DNA from: Haliotis rufescens
Lineage: Eukaryota
Reading direction: 5' to 3'
Assembly: GCF_023055435.1 (NCBI RefSeq)
Contig: NW_025964223.1
Span: 28,210,001 to 28,274,000, forward strand
DNA length: 64,000 nt
Under the pieces are notes generated by a model. The model was not told the origin of the DNA. It saw nothing but the letters and a program-made list of their open reading frames with translations, and did no database searches. The position numbers and the translations under genes were made by a program. Positions 13,050 through 26,399 of this stretch are shown here, piece after piece; position 1 is the first letter of the stretch, and the number at the start of each line of letters is the position of its first letter.

Positions 13050-14650
13050 CAACCCTTGGGAATTCCCTGGCACGAATACGTACACGGCGTTCTTTCTGAT
13101 GATTTAAACCATTTAATCTTTAACTCAGCGTTTTAGTATGCATTGAGAAACGTCAGAGGGTTTGACTGCATGATCGTTCACGAATATCCTCGCTACGACC
13201 CATCCTAGTGAACAAAACGAAGAAATGCACATCCAAACTATCGTAGTATCGACACGATCCGTGTGTAGGGTGACACTGACAGTCTACAGCAATCTATGAA
13301 TGCACCTTAGTGTCTATTTTACACATCCTTAATCACCTTTCAATAATCGGCAAAGTGATCAATGATGATTAAAGCACGTAACCGCCACAGTTTCAAAAAC
13401 AACTTTCTAAATCTCTCCCGTCACGTTTATCGTGTCGGCCATTTTGACGTCTTGTACTTGATGTAAATGTATTACGACGCGCTGTCATTGTGATTGACTT
13501 ACAGTAGTTCTTAACAGACCTTTCTCATCTAATGGTGATATTATTTGAAGATATGTGTTGTGTAAGATGTGTCTGAAGAGTAAGTTGTGCATACATAGGC
13601 TCATGTCACCTCTCCTGATGGAGAACTATTTTATTCCGCGATACAGAAGGTTGTTGTATGTCCATCAGTGTAAATAAGAAGACATGATCACACCTACAAA
13701 TATGATCAAGGTCCACGTCTTTTGAGGTAAAAATAGTGATATAAAGCTCCGACGTTCATACAGTTTGGCCCCTCGCTCTATGAAGGCTCATACTCCAATG
13801 AACTCACACAAAGTAAAAGTCAATTTTTAATTATATGAGAAAACCGCCGAGAATACAATCCAAATACAACTATCTATGTGTCACTGCAAACACGAAAACG
13901 TCGGGGGTTGGTGGGGGTGGGCAGGGGGATGGAGGTGGGGGATGGGGGTGGGTCCGTGTATGGTGATGTGACGGAAAAACGACTAAAATGCATTATATTT
14001 GATTAAATGGCCAGGAAAGTGTCCGAAAAGAGTTTTCTGTCAACGGCCGATCAGATGGCCTTGTCCCCTGACGAAAGTGATACCCAAGGCTTTTTTAGGA
14101 AACATTAGGTTTGGTATTTCTGGCATGCCTTGCTCTAGTATCTGTCGCGCGCAATGCGGCGAGATTTGCTGATAAGTCAGTTTTAGGATATGTAAACCAT
14201 GGGAAATCCCTATCACGAATTCATAGTATTACAGAAGCGTTATTTCTCATCATTAAGACCCTTTTGTTTCGAACTTAGCGTCTTAGCATACATTGGGATA
14301 AGTCAGAAAGTTTGACTGCACGCCCGTTCAAGGATACCCTCTCTACACCCCATCCTTGAGAAAAGAACGAAAAAAGCACATCCAAACTATCGTAGTGGCA
14401 GTCTACAGCAATATATGAATTTACCTCAGTATCTACATGAAACATCTTTACAATCACCTTTCAATGATCGGCGAATGGATCAGTGATGACTAACGCTTCA
14501 GATAGCAACAGGTTCATTACACAACTTCGGAAATCTCTCCCGTCACGTTTATCGTGTCGGCCATTTTGACGCCTTGTACTTGACGTAAATGTATTACGAC
14601 GCTCTGTCATTGTAATTGACTTACTGAGGTAGTTCTTTCTCATCTAATGA
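13050..14650. repeat. Diverged direct (tandem) duplication, offset ~1.12-1.15 kb
   Basis: 13050-13533 aligns to ~14195-14649. A 94-bp core (13409-13502 vs 14531-14624) has only 4 mismatches. Confidence 0.85.
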
Positions 14651-14819
14651 GTTTAACTCATCACCCATCGAATTATTGACAATCCTTCTTGAAGAGCTAT
14701 GAAATCAGAGGCTGCAAAAGCGCATTTTTACACTTTATCTTTTAATTGGGATGTCAGGCTCCTATTTCATAACTCTGTTTTTTTATTTGCACGGGTTTCT
14801 ATGGAATCTTGGAAGGTAC

Positions 14820-15050
14820 ACTGTCGCGTTGTCGCATTGTCGCCCTTACAAAAACTAGCAAAACGTGTCAAAATTAACCAAAGCGTGACAATCCGACAAC
14901 GCGAAATTTTGCCTTTTGTCGCATTGTTACGTTGTTGCATTGTCGCTGTTTGAATAATCTCTTTTTTTTATTTTACCAAATGGCGACGATGCCTTAACGC
15001 GACATTTTCAAGGTCAAAATATGTCTCGTTGTCGCATTGTCGCCCTATCA
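14820..15050. repeat. Degenerate TTGTCGC/TTGTCGCA-repeat element (probable non-autonomous DNA transposon remnant)
   Basis: Recurrent TTGTCGCATTGTCGC motifs, with an inverted CGACAACGCG copy. Confidence 0.45.
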
Positions 15051-15114
15051 CAAATGTGTAAAAAGGCGTAAAGTTCAGTTAATGTTACACTTAGGAAGCA
15101 TTAACAAACGTATA

Positions 15115-15660
15115 TACTCACACGCAAAAGAAACGCAAGTCGAGTATGCAATGTAAATGTTACATATTTTCTACAGTAAAGACAAGAAATACTAATAGGG
15201 CAAGATTGACAAAAATTTGACTGAAGACAGTTTTATGGATTAAAAGGCAGATGACATAATTGTTTTTTTCAAATGTTAAGGGCTTACACAGTTTCGGGTC
15301 AATACCCAAAATGTCAGTCAATACCTTGAGTGGATCAGACGATTTGTGAAGGTCCTAGGGATCCTCCTGCACACGTCCAGAGCAGCTGTGCGTAGTTCAT
15401 CGGCAGTTGTAGAGACTGGGCTCACATTGTGCAGACGCCTTTGAACCTCATCCCACAAGTGTTCGATGGGGTTCAGATCAGGGCTGAGGGCTTGCCATGG
15501 TAGAACACGGATGTTGTGTTGTTGCAGAAAGGCCATGGTAGCTCTGGCAACATGGGGACGAGCGTTGTCCTGCTGGAAAATGTGTTGTTGATGTTGTGCA
15601 AGAAATGGAACAACGTGGGGTCTGATCACTTGGTAGATATACCGCTGAGCAGTGACGCCG
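15115..15660 (-). mobile_element. Tc1 3' half, same family as 43298-44787
   Basis: TIR TACTCACACGCAAAAGAAACGCAAGT after TA; QQDNARPH...SPDLNPIE. Near-identical to 44195-44787 apart from a 48-bp deletion before the stop. Confidence 0.93.
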
Positions 15661-18600
15661 ATGTCCCCGGCACAATAATATCACTTGTTACCACTGGTTC
15701 AGTTAAATTCATCACACAATAAAATGTAAGTATTTGATATTACGAAGTGCATGATCATGCATGAACATTTTCATTGTAGTAATGTATATACTAACACTAT
15801 GTATATACATGATTATAATCTATATGCATCAACGATAACTATAGGATATCCTCATAGATGTATTGACATCGAACAATGGACAACAATTCGACATTCTTAT
15901 TCGAGCTATTAATAGCTTCATTAGGGACAGTACCAGTGTCAGTAAAATTTTCGTAGTTAAAACTATGTATCTACAAAATATAATGTGAAGGAGCCCAGAA
16001 TAATGCTTACTTTCAGGGCTATAAGTAAGGCAATATAGACTTGCTAAATCGTTCTAGACTTGTGCTGGATGACTTTAAATTGATTCTCTATGGTCTGGGA
16101 GACATACAAAGGCTTCAGTATCGCACGGAGAATGACGTGCACGGAGAATCTCACCGGGGTCAGCCTGGGTCAGTGTAATCGGATATATTGTTGAGTCTCG
16201 GGTTGTTTGCTGAAAAGACCAAGGCCTCACGAACAAGGGCACAGTGGAGAGATTAAAGCATTACCACCTCACAAAAGTCTGTTTATATTATTGATATATC
16301 TAATATGTTATTGTGATTTGAAACCTATTTTTGAACAATTGTATTTGTCATTGTATACTCTGTATTCTTTAGTCATGGTAAAATAGACATTTTCTATGTT
16401 TATTTTTGAATTATCCACAAATAATGAGAACTACAATGTAAACAATTATCTGGATAAATACATTAATACAACTGAAGCGCATATCTGATAAATGGGACTA
16501 ATCGACTAATATTTCCTTCTTAAACACTGCCCGCATTCTAATCATTATATTATACTATGTATAAGTTGAGAAATATTGCATTTCAAATGGAGGCAAATTG
16601 TGTATCTTTCTACATTTTGAATTCATTATAATTTCTGCAATATAAGCTGAACATCAGATAGTGATATAAACGGATATTATCCATACTGTGATAAGTGAAT
16701 TATTATTTTTTTATAAATTAAATAAACTGAAATAAGAAAATATCGTAACAAAAAATCAGTTCAATCTGTTCGTGTGAGTTGGTAACCAGAGATCGAGGCA
16801 GCTCAAGTAACCATTTGGGAAAAATCAAATATACAAAGTTTAGGGGTTTGAACATGTGCATTGTATGACGGACAAGATACCAACACAATGATTAAATTAT
16901 TAATCCAACTATTGTATAAATAAAACTAAATACATAGAAAATAAGAAGCTTAATTTCTCATTGTTGGAAGGTGTTTAGTAATAGTTTTTCTTTAATTGTT
17001 TGTGGTTAAACGCCGCACGCAGGTCCAAATTCAAGCCATGATTTCATGGTCCGTCTTGTATGTTGGAATCCCAATATCGCAATATGGCTGAATATTGCTA
17101 AACGTGGTATTAACCAGATTACTCACCCAATTATTCCATTTTTTTACGCACGTTCTTCATTCATCTACGATTACTATCTATAAGGAGGTATATCATCCAA
17201 ATGGCCATACATATATGTTCACATATATATGTATTAAGCAAGTCCTACACTCTTCCTGAAAGATAAATGCTGAGAATTTCCTCTGTATGTATTTATATAT
17301 GTAAATATTATTTTAATGTCAACACTGATGCAGTGAACGTACCACAGACCTGATGCTAGAATAACATCTAATCTCCGAAATGAACATATTTAACAGAAAC
17401 ATTATAATAAAAGGGAGCCAAGAGACTTTCTTCATTTTGCCAAATATTTCGCTGTATTGAATATATTTGTTTCAACATCTGTATGACAGACAAACCTGAT
17501 GCCTTTAAGTATAATGTCGGAGTAAACCTAGTTGAAACAAATTCTTCCTATAACGTATTCTACTGATTGTCATCTTTTACACAATGTCATGAGCCAAATT
17601 ATGATTCATTGTCCATCAAAATGTGCTGAAATGTATAAATGTCCTTTAAGACATGTATATGGGATGGGTCAGCTTTGTTATCAGTTCAATGAAACTAGTA
17701 GGGTCTTTTATTTAGAAATGATCAAATCATCAAATTAAAGATAAGTAATTATAGCTGTTGTATATATTCAAATGTTTGTGATTAACCCAACCTTGAAAAA
17801 TATTGAAAGATGTGGTAATAAGTTATGTCATTATTTCAAAATAGAATGATAGCACAGCAGGAAAGCATGGCACTTTTATACACGTTTCTTGTTAACCCAA
17901 TAGTTTTTTTTAAGAAAGGGCAACATGTTCATTGAGAGTATAGGTTTGGGGCGTGTTTTATCGCATGTTCCTTTCAGAAAGTGTGCATATACATTCTGTT
18001 TATCGGCAATAAATAGACGAGTCATGCGGGTAAATGCGATTTACTTCAGAACTGTATAGATTACTTTAGGTAAGGTGAAAATGTATGTAATAATCAGTAC
18101 TTCGGATTTCGGCAAGCGTCGTGCTCAGGGGGTTATTTGGTCGGGCTTAAAGGATTCGGGTCCTGGCTTTGGCTTTGTGTTGGACGTGTAGACGGCATTT
18201 CTAGGTTTGGCGTATCAATAACCAAAAATGTTTTCTGATGAAAGTTCTGTATTTTTACTTGTCCCGTATGTTCCAATGCCTTTTCGGGTGAACAATTGGC
18301 TTGCTTTGCATGTGTTTGTAGCGGGTGCCACCGCATGATCGGGATGAGCTCCCTTTTTACGAGCACCCAGTTTCATCATTCTTTGATAGTGAATCATGAC
18401 ACATGCTCCCGGTGTTGTCGGAATCGTGCAGTTGGCTCTACTTTTGGCAAGGGTTACTTATGATAATGGAAAGGCTTATGTCGCTTTTGTTAACTGATAA
18501 ACGTGAGAGATAATGTCAGTGTATTGTCATGGTATTAAGACCCAAACGGCGGAAGTTGTTTATTGTACGATGCACAAGTAGTTTATTTCTTATATGAGAT

Positions 18601-19557
18601 ATCAACATTACGTACAGCCTCTTTAAGGTTGTTAAATTAGTAAAAACAGCACACGCTTTAAAAATATTTCTCCGTACTTAAATAATCATGACTCCCTGAA
18701 TAGAATCAATTGACACTTCCTCTCAAAAATAACGTTAAATTTACGACGACTTCAAGTTGCGTGCGCATGTTCGAATCTCCAGAAATGTCGCCATGATAGA
18801 ACAATGTTTTATAGTGAAATAAATAACGCTTCGTTCTTCTTTGGTCTTTGCGATTTATCGCGTAGCTATCTTATGTCATCAAATGTCAATTTCTCATTGT
18901 TTTATCATGACGTATTCTTGTCCTAACCAATCATGTAGCTATAGCATACACACATATCTTTGACTTCGACGTAGAATAGAGTCATGATATATGATTATCC
19001 TTTGGTGTGCAATATTTCTGGTTGATTAATCTCATATACATTTTTCTATCACTTTATCAAGTGTCTGTAACATTTACAAAATGATACAAATTTAATCATA
19101 CAACTAACCAAAACATGTGTATGTGGTATATCCTAACGTTGTTGAGTCGGGCATTAAACAAAAAACAAACAAAACATATTATCTTTAAGAATTATGTTAA
19201 CAATGCCAGTGATAAAAAAAATCTCCACAATCTCCATACCTCTTTCTTATGCTCAATAGGAAACATATTGGTTTTGTTTGTAATAATCTGAAGGAATAAT
19301 AATGACAATAATATCATAATAATATCATAATTATTTATGTTACTCAATCCTCAACTGAAGTAGTCATTCACACTATACATTCAGTGAAGAAGCCCATGAA
19401 CATATTAACTATGTAACATACATTAATGGAAATTAGATGGACAGTTGAAGTTAGCAAATAATATTATTCGGTCGACCGTCTATCAGCAAATACTACATCA
19501 TGGAATTGTGAGTCCACAGTGATATTTGCAAGGCTACTCTCATAAATGTCATGACGC

Positions 19558-19735
19558 ACAATCCAGCGATTGATATCATGAGCATCGATCCACGCAATTG
19601 GGATAATATGATGACATGCATCAACCAAGTCAGCGAGCCTGACCACCCGATCCCTTTAGTCGCCTCTTACGATAAGCATAGTCGCCTCTAACGGCAAGCA
19701 GGGGTTGCTGAAGACCTATTCTTCAGCCGGGTCAA
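19558..19735 (-). mobile_element. SINE-like repeat family B
   Basis: GAGCATCGATCCACGCAATTGGG...GTCAGCGAGCCTGACCACCCGATCC..TAGTCGCCTCTTACGA, matching the other copies. Confidence 0.8.
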
Positions 19736-20035
19736 GTAGGATTCAACTGGACTGAGGGAGGGCCACGCGACCATTCCCCTCGCTCATCAGCAACCATACT
19801 CCTCCTTGTTGGTCACCTGCTTGGCAACATGGGACGGAAATTGCAGGGGGGGAGGGCAGTTAAGTTGATGGTACAGTCAGATAAGAGAGATCAGTTTACA
19901 ACTGTGAAAGCTCATTCCACAAAGGAAGACTTAGAGAACAAAGGCACTTATTTCTAGTTTCTTATTGACTCTCGAGGATACATTTCATAAAACAATTCAT
20001 GTGTGTGTGTGATCTAAACTTTTATTTTTTTGTTG

Positions 20036-20195
20036 AAGCCTCGGTGGCTGGGTAAGATCGCTGACTCTGTGTGCTGGCGAATAGGTTCCTCACTCTGACA
20101 GTGAGGATTCAAATCACTGACGGCACTCAACTCAAAAAAGTACGAGAATATGTACTTTACTAAGAAAGTGTTATCCAAAATATAACATTTGTTTC
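20036..20195 (+). mobile_element. tRNA-derived SINE-like repeat, family A
   Basis: GAAGCCTCGGTGGCTG...GCTGACT..GTGCTGGCGA...ATAACATTTGTT, homologous to 1001-1162. Confidence 0.75.
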
Positions 20196-20273
20196 AGTGA
20201 ATGCATATCTGATGCAAGAAAGCAAAATACAGGAATATTCGGTTTTGGATTGGTAATAATATCACAGATATCG

Positions 20274-20438
20274 TGTGTGTGTTAGTGTGTGTTAGTGTTA
20301 GTGTGTTAGTGTTAGTGTGTTAGTGTGTGTGTGTGTGTTAGTGTGTGTGTTAGTGTGTGTTAGTGTGTTAGTGTGTGTGCGTGTTAGTGTGTGTTAGTGT
20401 GTGTTAGTGTGTGTGTGTGTGGGGGGGGGGGTGTGTGT

Positions 20439-20473
<35 letters not shown>
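20274..20473. repeat. Compound (GT)n/(GTGTTA)n microsatellite
   Basis: GT run interrupted by TTA units and a G run. Confidence 0.95.
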
Positions 20474-20474
<1 letters not shown>

Positions 20475-21869
20475 TTGTAAATGTAGACTGTTGGATATTC
20501 CATAAAACATTAATCTTGAGCGGGGTGGTAGTAAAGGCAACATTTAAAAATCAAATTCAACAACTCTTCTTTTTAGCGATTTTTCCTGACTTAAAAGTAA
20601 ATGCATGAACACAATCGTGCGGAATACAATGTATAATTCTGGTCCACCTCCACATGAATATGTAGTATACAATAAGCTTTCAGATCCCTTTCAGATCGTT
20701 TTTGGTTGCAGCCTATATATCCACAGAATAGACACTAGTCTGTCTCAAAGTCCCTGAACCATATCATTTTCCCTTTCGCTCAGCCCTTTCTTTTATGTGA
20801 AAGCCTTTAATGAAGCAAATCTAGATTTTCCTCAGGTTCATCTCGAAATCTTCCATATCACTGGGGCTCCTTTTTAGTAAAAATGGAGTTATTTGTTTCA
20901 ATCAAAATTATATGGTTTTATGGTTTCAGCATAAGTCTAAATAGACATCACCAGTTTAGATTTTGAAACTTATCTGTTTACAATAACAGGACACTGCTTA
21001 AGTGTCATGTACAAATGAGAAAGTGGAATCCCGTCAATTAGAAGGCGGACGAACCTTCAAACTATTAGTAAACATAGTTTCCTCAATTCCAAGCAATTTC
21101 GGAAAATATATATGCATATATATTCAGGCAATAAACACCAAGATCACCTTGTACAAAAATAAGTCGGCAAATTATTCAGGTTGACATTCGTTTCCGTATT
21201 TGACGATTTTATAACTTGCGAAAGTATTAGTCACTTTCTTCTATCCAGCCGTTCCTGAGCCTTGCACTTTCCTTATTATTTTCACTAAATTTCTTACCGT
21301 TATCATTGTATTAGTTAACGAGAAATGCGTGCCGATCAAGTACGAGCCATAAATTTAAGCGACATTGTACGATTCCGAACTTATCAGGAGAATGTGTTTA
21401 TGAATCATTGTCAAATAGCGGCGACATTAAATCTAGGAAACAATCCGCGAAATCGCGTATGTACAGAACGAAAAATTTGGATAAGGCATTAAACAAACCG
21501 CATGCACAGCACGATTGTACTTCCACTAAGCGCAACGAGTACAGCGTCAAACTCAAGTCTGTAATCTAACACGCGAGAACTGACCAATGAAATCCAATAA
21601 ATTGACAATGCAAATGAAGAAAAGAGGAGCTTGATGATATCGTTCTCTCCCTGTAAAATCCGATGTTAAATAACGACGTTTGAAAGCGTCCAAAAAACGT
21701 CGTTTTTCCATTAAAAAAACCCTATGTTTTCTTTTTTGCAGTGTTTGGACATTATCAAATGGTCATTAGATATTTGTTATGGCCCGATATTACAAAAGTT
21801 ACATTTAGATGAGAGGGTGGAAGGGATAGAATGTAAAATCAATGTAAGTGTATGCTGCAATCTGATTAT

Positions 21870-23165
21870 TGTTTTTTTGTTTGGTTTTTTTTTTTTGGTT
21901 GGATTTGAAAGTTTCTTGGTTTTTTTATACATTTTTATTCAGTCATATACATAGGATACATATGCACTCGGAAAGCAATACAGCTTTATAAAAACAGGTA
22001 CTTCTCAAAAGGATATGGTACAGAGGAGGCCTAAGGCATAATCCACATCATGGTACAGATGAAGGCCTAATCCACAAGGCATATTTATGTATACAATTAG
22101 GAAGATGCGGTATTTATGGTACATCAAATTATGTTGCAAACATCAAGTGAATAAGTTATTTTGCAGTTTAAGTAAACAAAGCCCATTTTCTATTAAAGGC
22201 AGAGAAGTCGTTATTTCTACGTGCAATATGATATTCAACGTCATAGATACTTCTTAGCAGCTACAACCAAATGATTAATTAATACATCAGAGGTACCAAA
22301 GAGGAGCTCGTTGTCAGTTATAAGGATTTTTCTATGCAAGATATGAGTCAAGTAAATAGAGAAATCTGACCAGAAATTCTTAACAACATGACATTCGATA
22401 TAAACATGAAAAACATTTTCTGTGTGAGTATGACACATAGAACACTCATCGTTATCAATAAGTTTCATTCTTAATAACTCACGTTTAGTAAATATTACTT
22501 TATGAATAAATCTAAACTGGAAATCCCTGAGTTTTGTGTCCCTTAACCCATGGCAATATACACTGAATATTTGATTCCATGGAAAAGAACATCCCAGCTG
22601 ATTTTCCCATTTCAAACAAGATTTAGGGAGAGGGAGGGAATTCCCTATCGGTTTATTATAAAACACTTTTGTTCCTTTAATAGAACGTGTAAGATCATAA
22701 ATCCAAGGAGATACTGTGAGATTAGAAGAGGAATGTAGATTTTTATCAATATTTTGTCTCCAACTTCTTGGAATATCAAAAAACATACGGTTATAGTCGA
22801 GCAAAGTTCCTTTAAGATCATAAAGTTGTTGTAAACGTGGGAAAGGGATCCGTCCGTTTTCATCATACAAGTCTTTTATCGTAACTATACCTTTTTTTAA
22901 CCAGTCATTAAAAATTAATACTGGTTCTCTAAAATAATGGTTTAACCAGAAGGGTTGGGAATCAATTTCTGCTTTTTCTAAGTCTTCAAAGTCATATGAA
23001 TGCATAAAGTCACTCCAGGCTAAAAGGGCATCTTTCCAGAAAGGATTTACAATTTCTCAATTCTTGTGCAAACTGGCACCTGGAGTGTAGATATGAGCCA
23101 GCTGAAAACTAGCAAGGTCATAATTAATGTTTTTTTCACAATATCTTTTTAAACATGAAATTTTT
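21870..23165 (-). mobile_element. Tx1/L1-like LINE, 5'-truncated; 254-aa ORF2 C-terminal remnant at 22241-23005
   Basis: PFWKDA..W, QPFWLN, DTKLRDFQFRFIH and CSMC..ENVFHVYIEC..VKNFW (zf-RVT-like); A-rich tail. Confidence 0.88.
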
Positions 23166-23718
23166 AAAGATGATATAAATCTGATTATTGTTGAAGGGAT
23201 TGGATCGCGGAATTTTTTGGGACTTCGCTTGACTGATGATTGTTACTTGGATAACTAATCTCCCAATGCGGCATTATTATATTCACGATGCTGTGACACA
23301 TTCAATACTACGTATTCATTCTAAGAGAGCAGTATCTTGAAATTCCTAAGTTATAGTTTTGATTTCTGAAGCAATAACATATCAGACACATTAGAAATGT
23401 CCAATTCAAATATCATAAATAGTACCACTGGTTCAATTTTCCACATATAGCAGTTGGCACAGCCAGTACTCCGATTGTCATGTTGTTATTCTTGATGGGT
23501 AATTTCAGATCCTTTGATGTATTTTCTTCAGTTGTTTGAACGTTTCACCAAAGGTCTACACAAGTGTCGACATTGAAGTGATGCAATGTAACGTCAAACG
23601 AACACAAAACATTTTCATGAACATTCCTTTCAAAATATTTCCCATTATTAGAGATGGATGAAGAAAGATTAGAAGATTCTGAAACTGATCTACCTGTAAC
23701 TGTCTTGTCTCATCTTAC

Positions 23719-24154
23719 TGTTGTGAATAATGGGCATAGGTTACACGTGTGACCTCATCTTACTGTCAGACAAGCAGCACGGCGTCGCCGCATGGGCCTC
23801 ATTGGTATCTGTTATGAATAATGGGCATATGTTACACGTGAGACCTCATCTTACACTCAGACAAGCAGCACGGCGTCGCCTGGTTGGCTTCACTGGTATC
23901 TGTTGTGAATAATGGGCATAGGCTACACGTGTGACCTCATCTTACTGTCAGAAAAGAAGCACGGCGTCGCTTCATTGGCTTCATTGGTATCTGTTGTGAA
24001 TAATGGGCATAGACTACACGTGTGACCTCATCTTACTGTCAAACAAGAAGCACGGCGTCGCCTCAGTGGCTTCACTGGTATCTGTTGTGAATAATGGGCA
24101 TATGTTACACGTGTGACCTCATCTTACTGTCATACAAGAAGCACGGCGTCGCCT
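23719..24154. repeat. 91-bp minisatellite, ~4.8 copies
   Basis: GAATAATGGGCATA recurs at 23725, 23816, 23907, 23998 and 24089. Confidence 0.97.
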
Positions 24155-24880
24155 GATGAAAATTGAATGGTAATTCATGTCAATAACCTGCTACTCCTAT
24201 GTGAGCCAGTTAGTCATGTGTTAAAGTTCATTGGTTGGTGGCTCGGGCGATCGTGCTTTTAACTTCTAACAATTTGATCCCAGCGGTGTTCTATCGGTTG
24301 CATTGCTTGGAAAATACGCTCGCCATTCCACGTTATTCTGACGTCGTTTTAAATACAGGATGAGCATTATCACTTGGCGGAATACTGTGCAACTCCTATC
24401 TTGTGGACTCATCAGTGATCCGAGAGCTCATCTATCTGTAGATATATAAGCTACCAACAATGCGTTATAGGGGAAGCTACCCCATACCGTAACACTGTCA
24501 CCTCTAGCTGTTTGAGCTGTTTTTGCCTGACGGACGTTAACATCTGGAAATGTGTTAATCACGACTTCTGTTTCCGTCATTATACTCCCTCGATTACTAC
24601 AGATGCGTCAAATAAGTACGGTGTCTTAGTATCCATTCCGAGACGAATAAGCGGTATCAGCCTCACTGTCTGACGCCTTGGTTCCTGATTGTCTAATAGC
24701 TGATAACGGTAACAACTTGAATCTGCGTTCACTCTTCGTGCAGCCTCAAGGATACATTTTCTCTTAACTACATATATAGCGAAGTATAGCGAAGAATACT
24801 TGTTATTTTGTTATTGCACTTAGGTGCCATGACTTAACAGCTCTGGTACACTGTAATTATACAAAAACTTCTCTACATGT

Positions 24881-25113
24881 NNNNNNNNNNNNNNNNNNNN
24901 NNNNNNNNNNNNNNNNNNNNNNNNNNNNNNNNNNNNNNNNNNNNNNNNNNNNNNNNNNNNNNNNNNNNNNNNNNNNNNNNNNNNNNNNNNNNNNNNNNNN
25001 NNNNNNNNNNNNNNNNNNNNNNNNNNNNNNNNNNNNNNNNNNNNNNNNNNNNNNNNNNNNNNNNNNNNNNNNNNNNNNNNNNNNNNNNNNNNNNNNNNNN
25101 NNNNNNNNNNNNN
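24881..25113. other. Assembly gap (233 N)
   Basis: Run of N. Confidence 1.
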
Positions 25114-26107
25114 TGCCGGAAACAATAGACTCAATACATTGACGTTGACAGTTCGTTGATTTCAATTACATTTAAATGGCTAAATTATTACCAAGACATT
25201 TCACATCTCAACGTGACGGCGGCTGTCATTCGGCGTAGTTTGCTGCACATGATTAGTAAAAAGTACTCTCAAAATGACGCCAACTAACTACAGGTCTTGC
25301 CGCTTTTAAGTATCGATCTGTATTGATCTGACATTGTCAATAACGTCACCACACAGTGGTACTAATTGTATAGTCATAACGTGTTAGTCAATTGTAACGT
25401 CCTGGACTCACCCATGCACATTAAAATAATATAAATCAGCATTTCGGGGCCTGTCAGTGATCAGTTCTCGAGAATGTATACGTAGTGTTAGAAACTTGTG
25501 TCATGTACCATATGCTGCTATATTTATCTGTATTTATATGTTGATAATGTTTATGGGGTTAGAATCAATTAATTGCCAGATATATCATCATGTACGGTAT
25601 CTAATTCCGGGTTAAATTAAAGACGTAAAAGGGTTGGTTGTAATATGCGATGTCATCCCCATTACAATGATATAAGTTACAATGTTTCGCTATTGAGTAG
25701 AGTTCAACGTTTCCGGAACTGTGCTGGAGAATAAAATAGAATTGTAATATGATATGTCGAACATACGTTCATGCATGCAATTTCACGTCCAAAATTTCCC
25801 ATAGAATTATAGGTCCTTCAATTGTAATTCAAATTTAAATAGCTACATGCACATGATGATTTAAAAAGAAACGTCCATAATCTAAGGTATTACATCTCGT
25901 TTTTCAAACTGTATTTGTTTTCTGAAATGCCACCTGTGTTCAGTGACCTCATATATACTCATTACTTTCTGCCCAGTGCTTTGGGATTTAGAGTAATTTA
26001 TGACATGGTGTTATATGCACATTAATATGTGTATGTTAACTATTACTTAAATGAAAAAATACCTAACCATTTTCTATAATTCAGCTGATACATCGTCATA
26101 TAACTGA

Positions 26108-26270
26108 GGGGCGGTCGGGTAGCCTAGTGGTTAAAGCGTTCACTCGTCACGCCGAAGGCCCGAGTTCGATTCCCGACATGGGTACAATGTGTGAAGCCCA
26201 TTTCTGGTGTCCCCGGCGAGATATTGCTGGAATATTGCTAAAAGCGGCGTAAAACCATACTCTCTCACTA
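26108..26270 (+). mobile_element. tRNA(Asp)-like SINE, family C, full length
   Basis: A box TAGCCTAGTGG, loop CTCGTCACG (GTC anticodon-like), B box GTTCGATTCC, tail GCTGGAATATTGCT..GCGGCGTAAAAC followed by (CACT)n. Confidence 0.85.
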
Positions 26271-26399
26271 ACATTACTGAACTACTTTTCAATTTAAAGC
26301 GACGTTAACCTCAAATCCCCCACACACATAATATTGCGCGAACTCTGTTGTGCCTGTGGAGATATAGAGTGATGTGGCCTGACATAGTCTAAAAGTATA

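Noticed and set aside
13122-14649. TRIM/LTR pair
   Set aside because: No TG...CA ends, PBS, PPT or TSD were seen, and homology extends through the supposed internal region, which favours tandem duplication.
23719-24154. CRISPR array
   Set aside because: Whole 91-bp units repeat with no unique spacers, there are no cas genes, and the context is eukaryotic.
24394-24420. Second hammerhead (minus strand GATCACTGATGAGTCC...GGA)
   Set aside because: CUGAUGA and a plausible stem II are present, but the GAAA and stem III are absent; at most a truncated relic.
24820-25165. ORFs of 83-104 aa (likewise 39069-39558)
   Set aside because: They are artefacts of translating through N gaps.
26108-26182. 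tRNA-Asp gene
   Set aside because: It has A/B boxes but no proper acceptor stem, and it continues into a SINE body that recurs at 48511 with a TSD.
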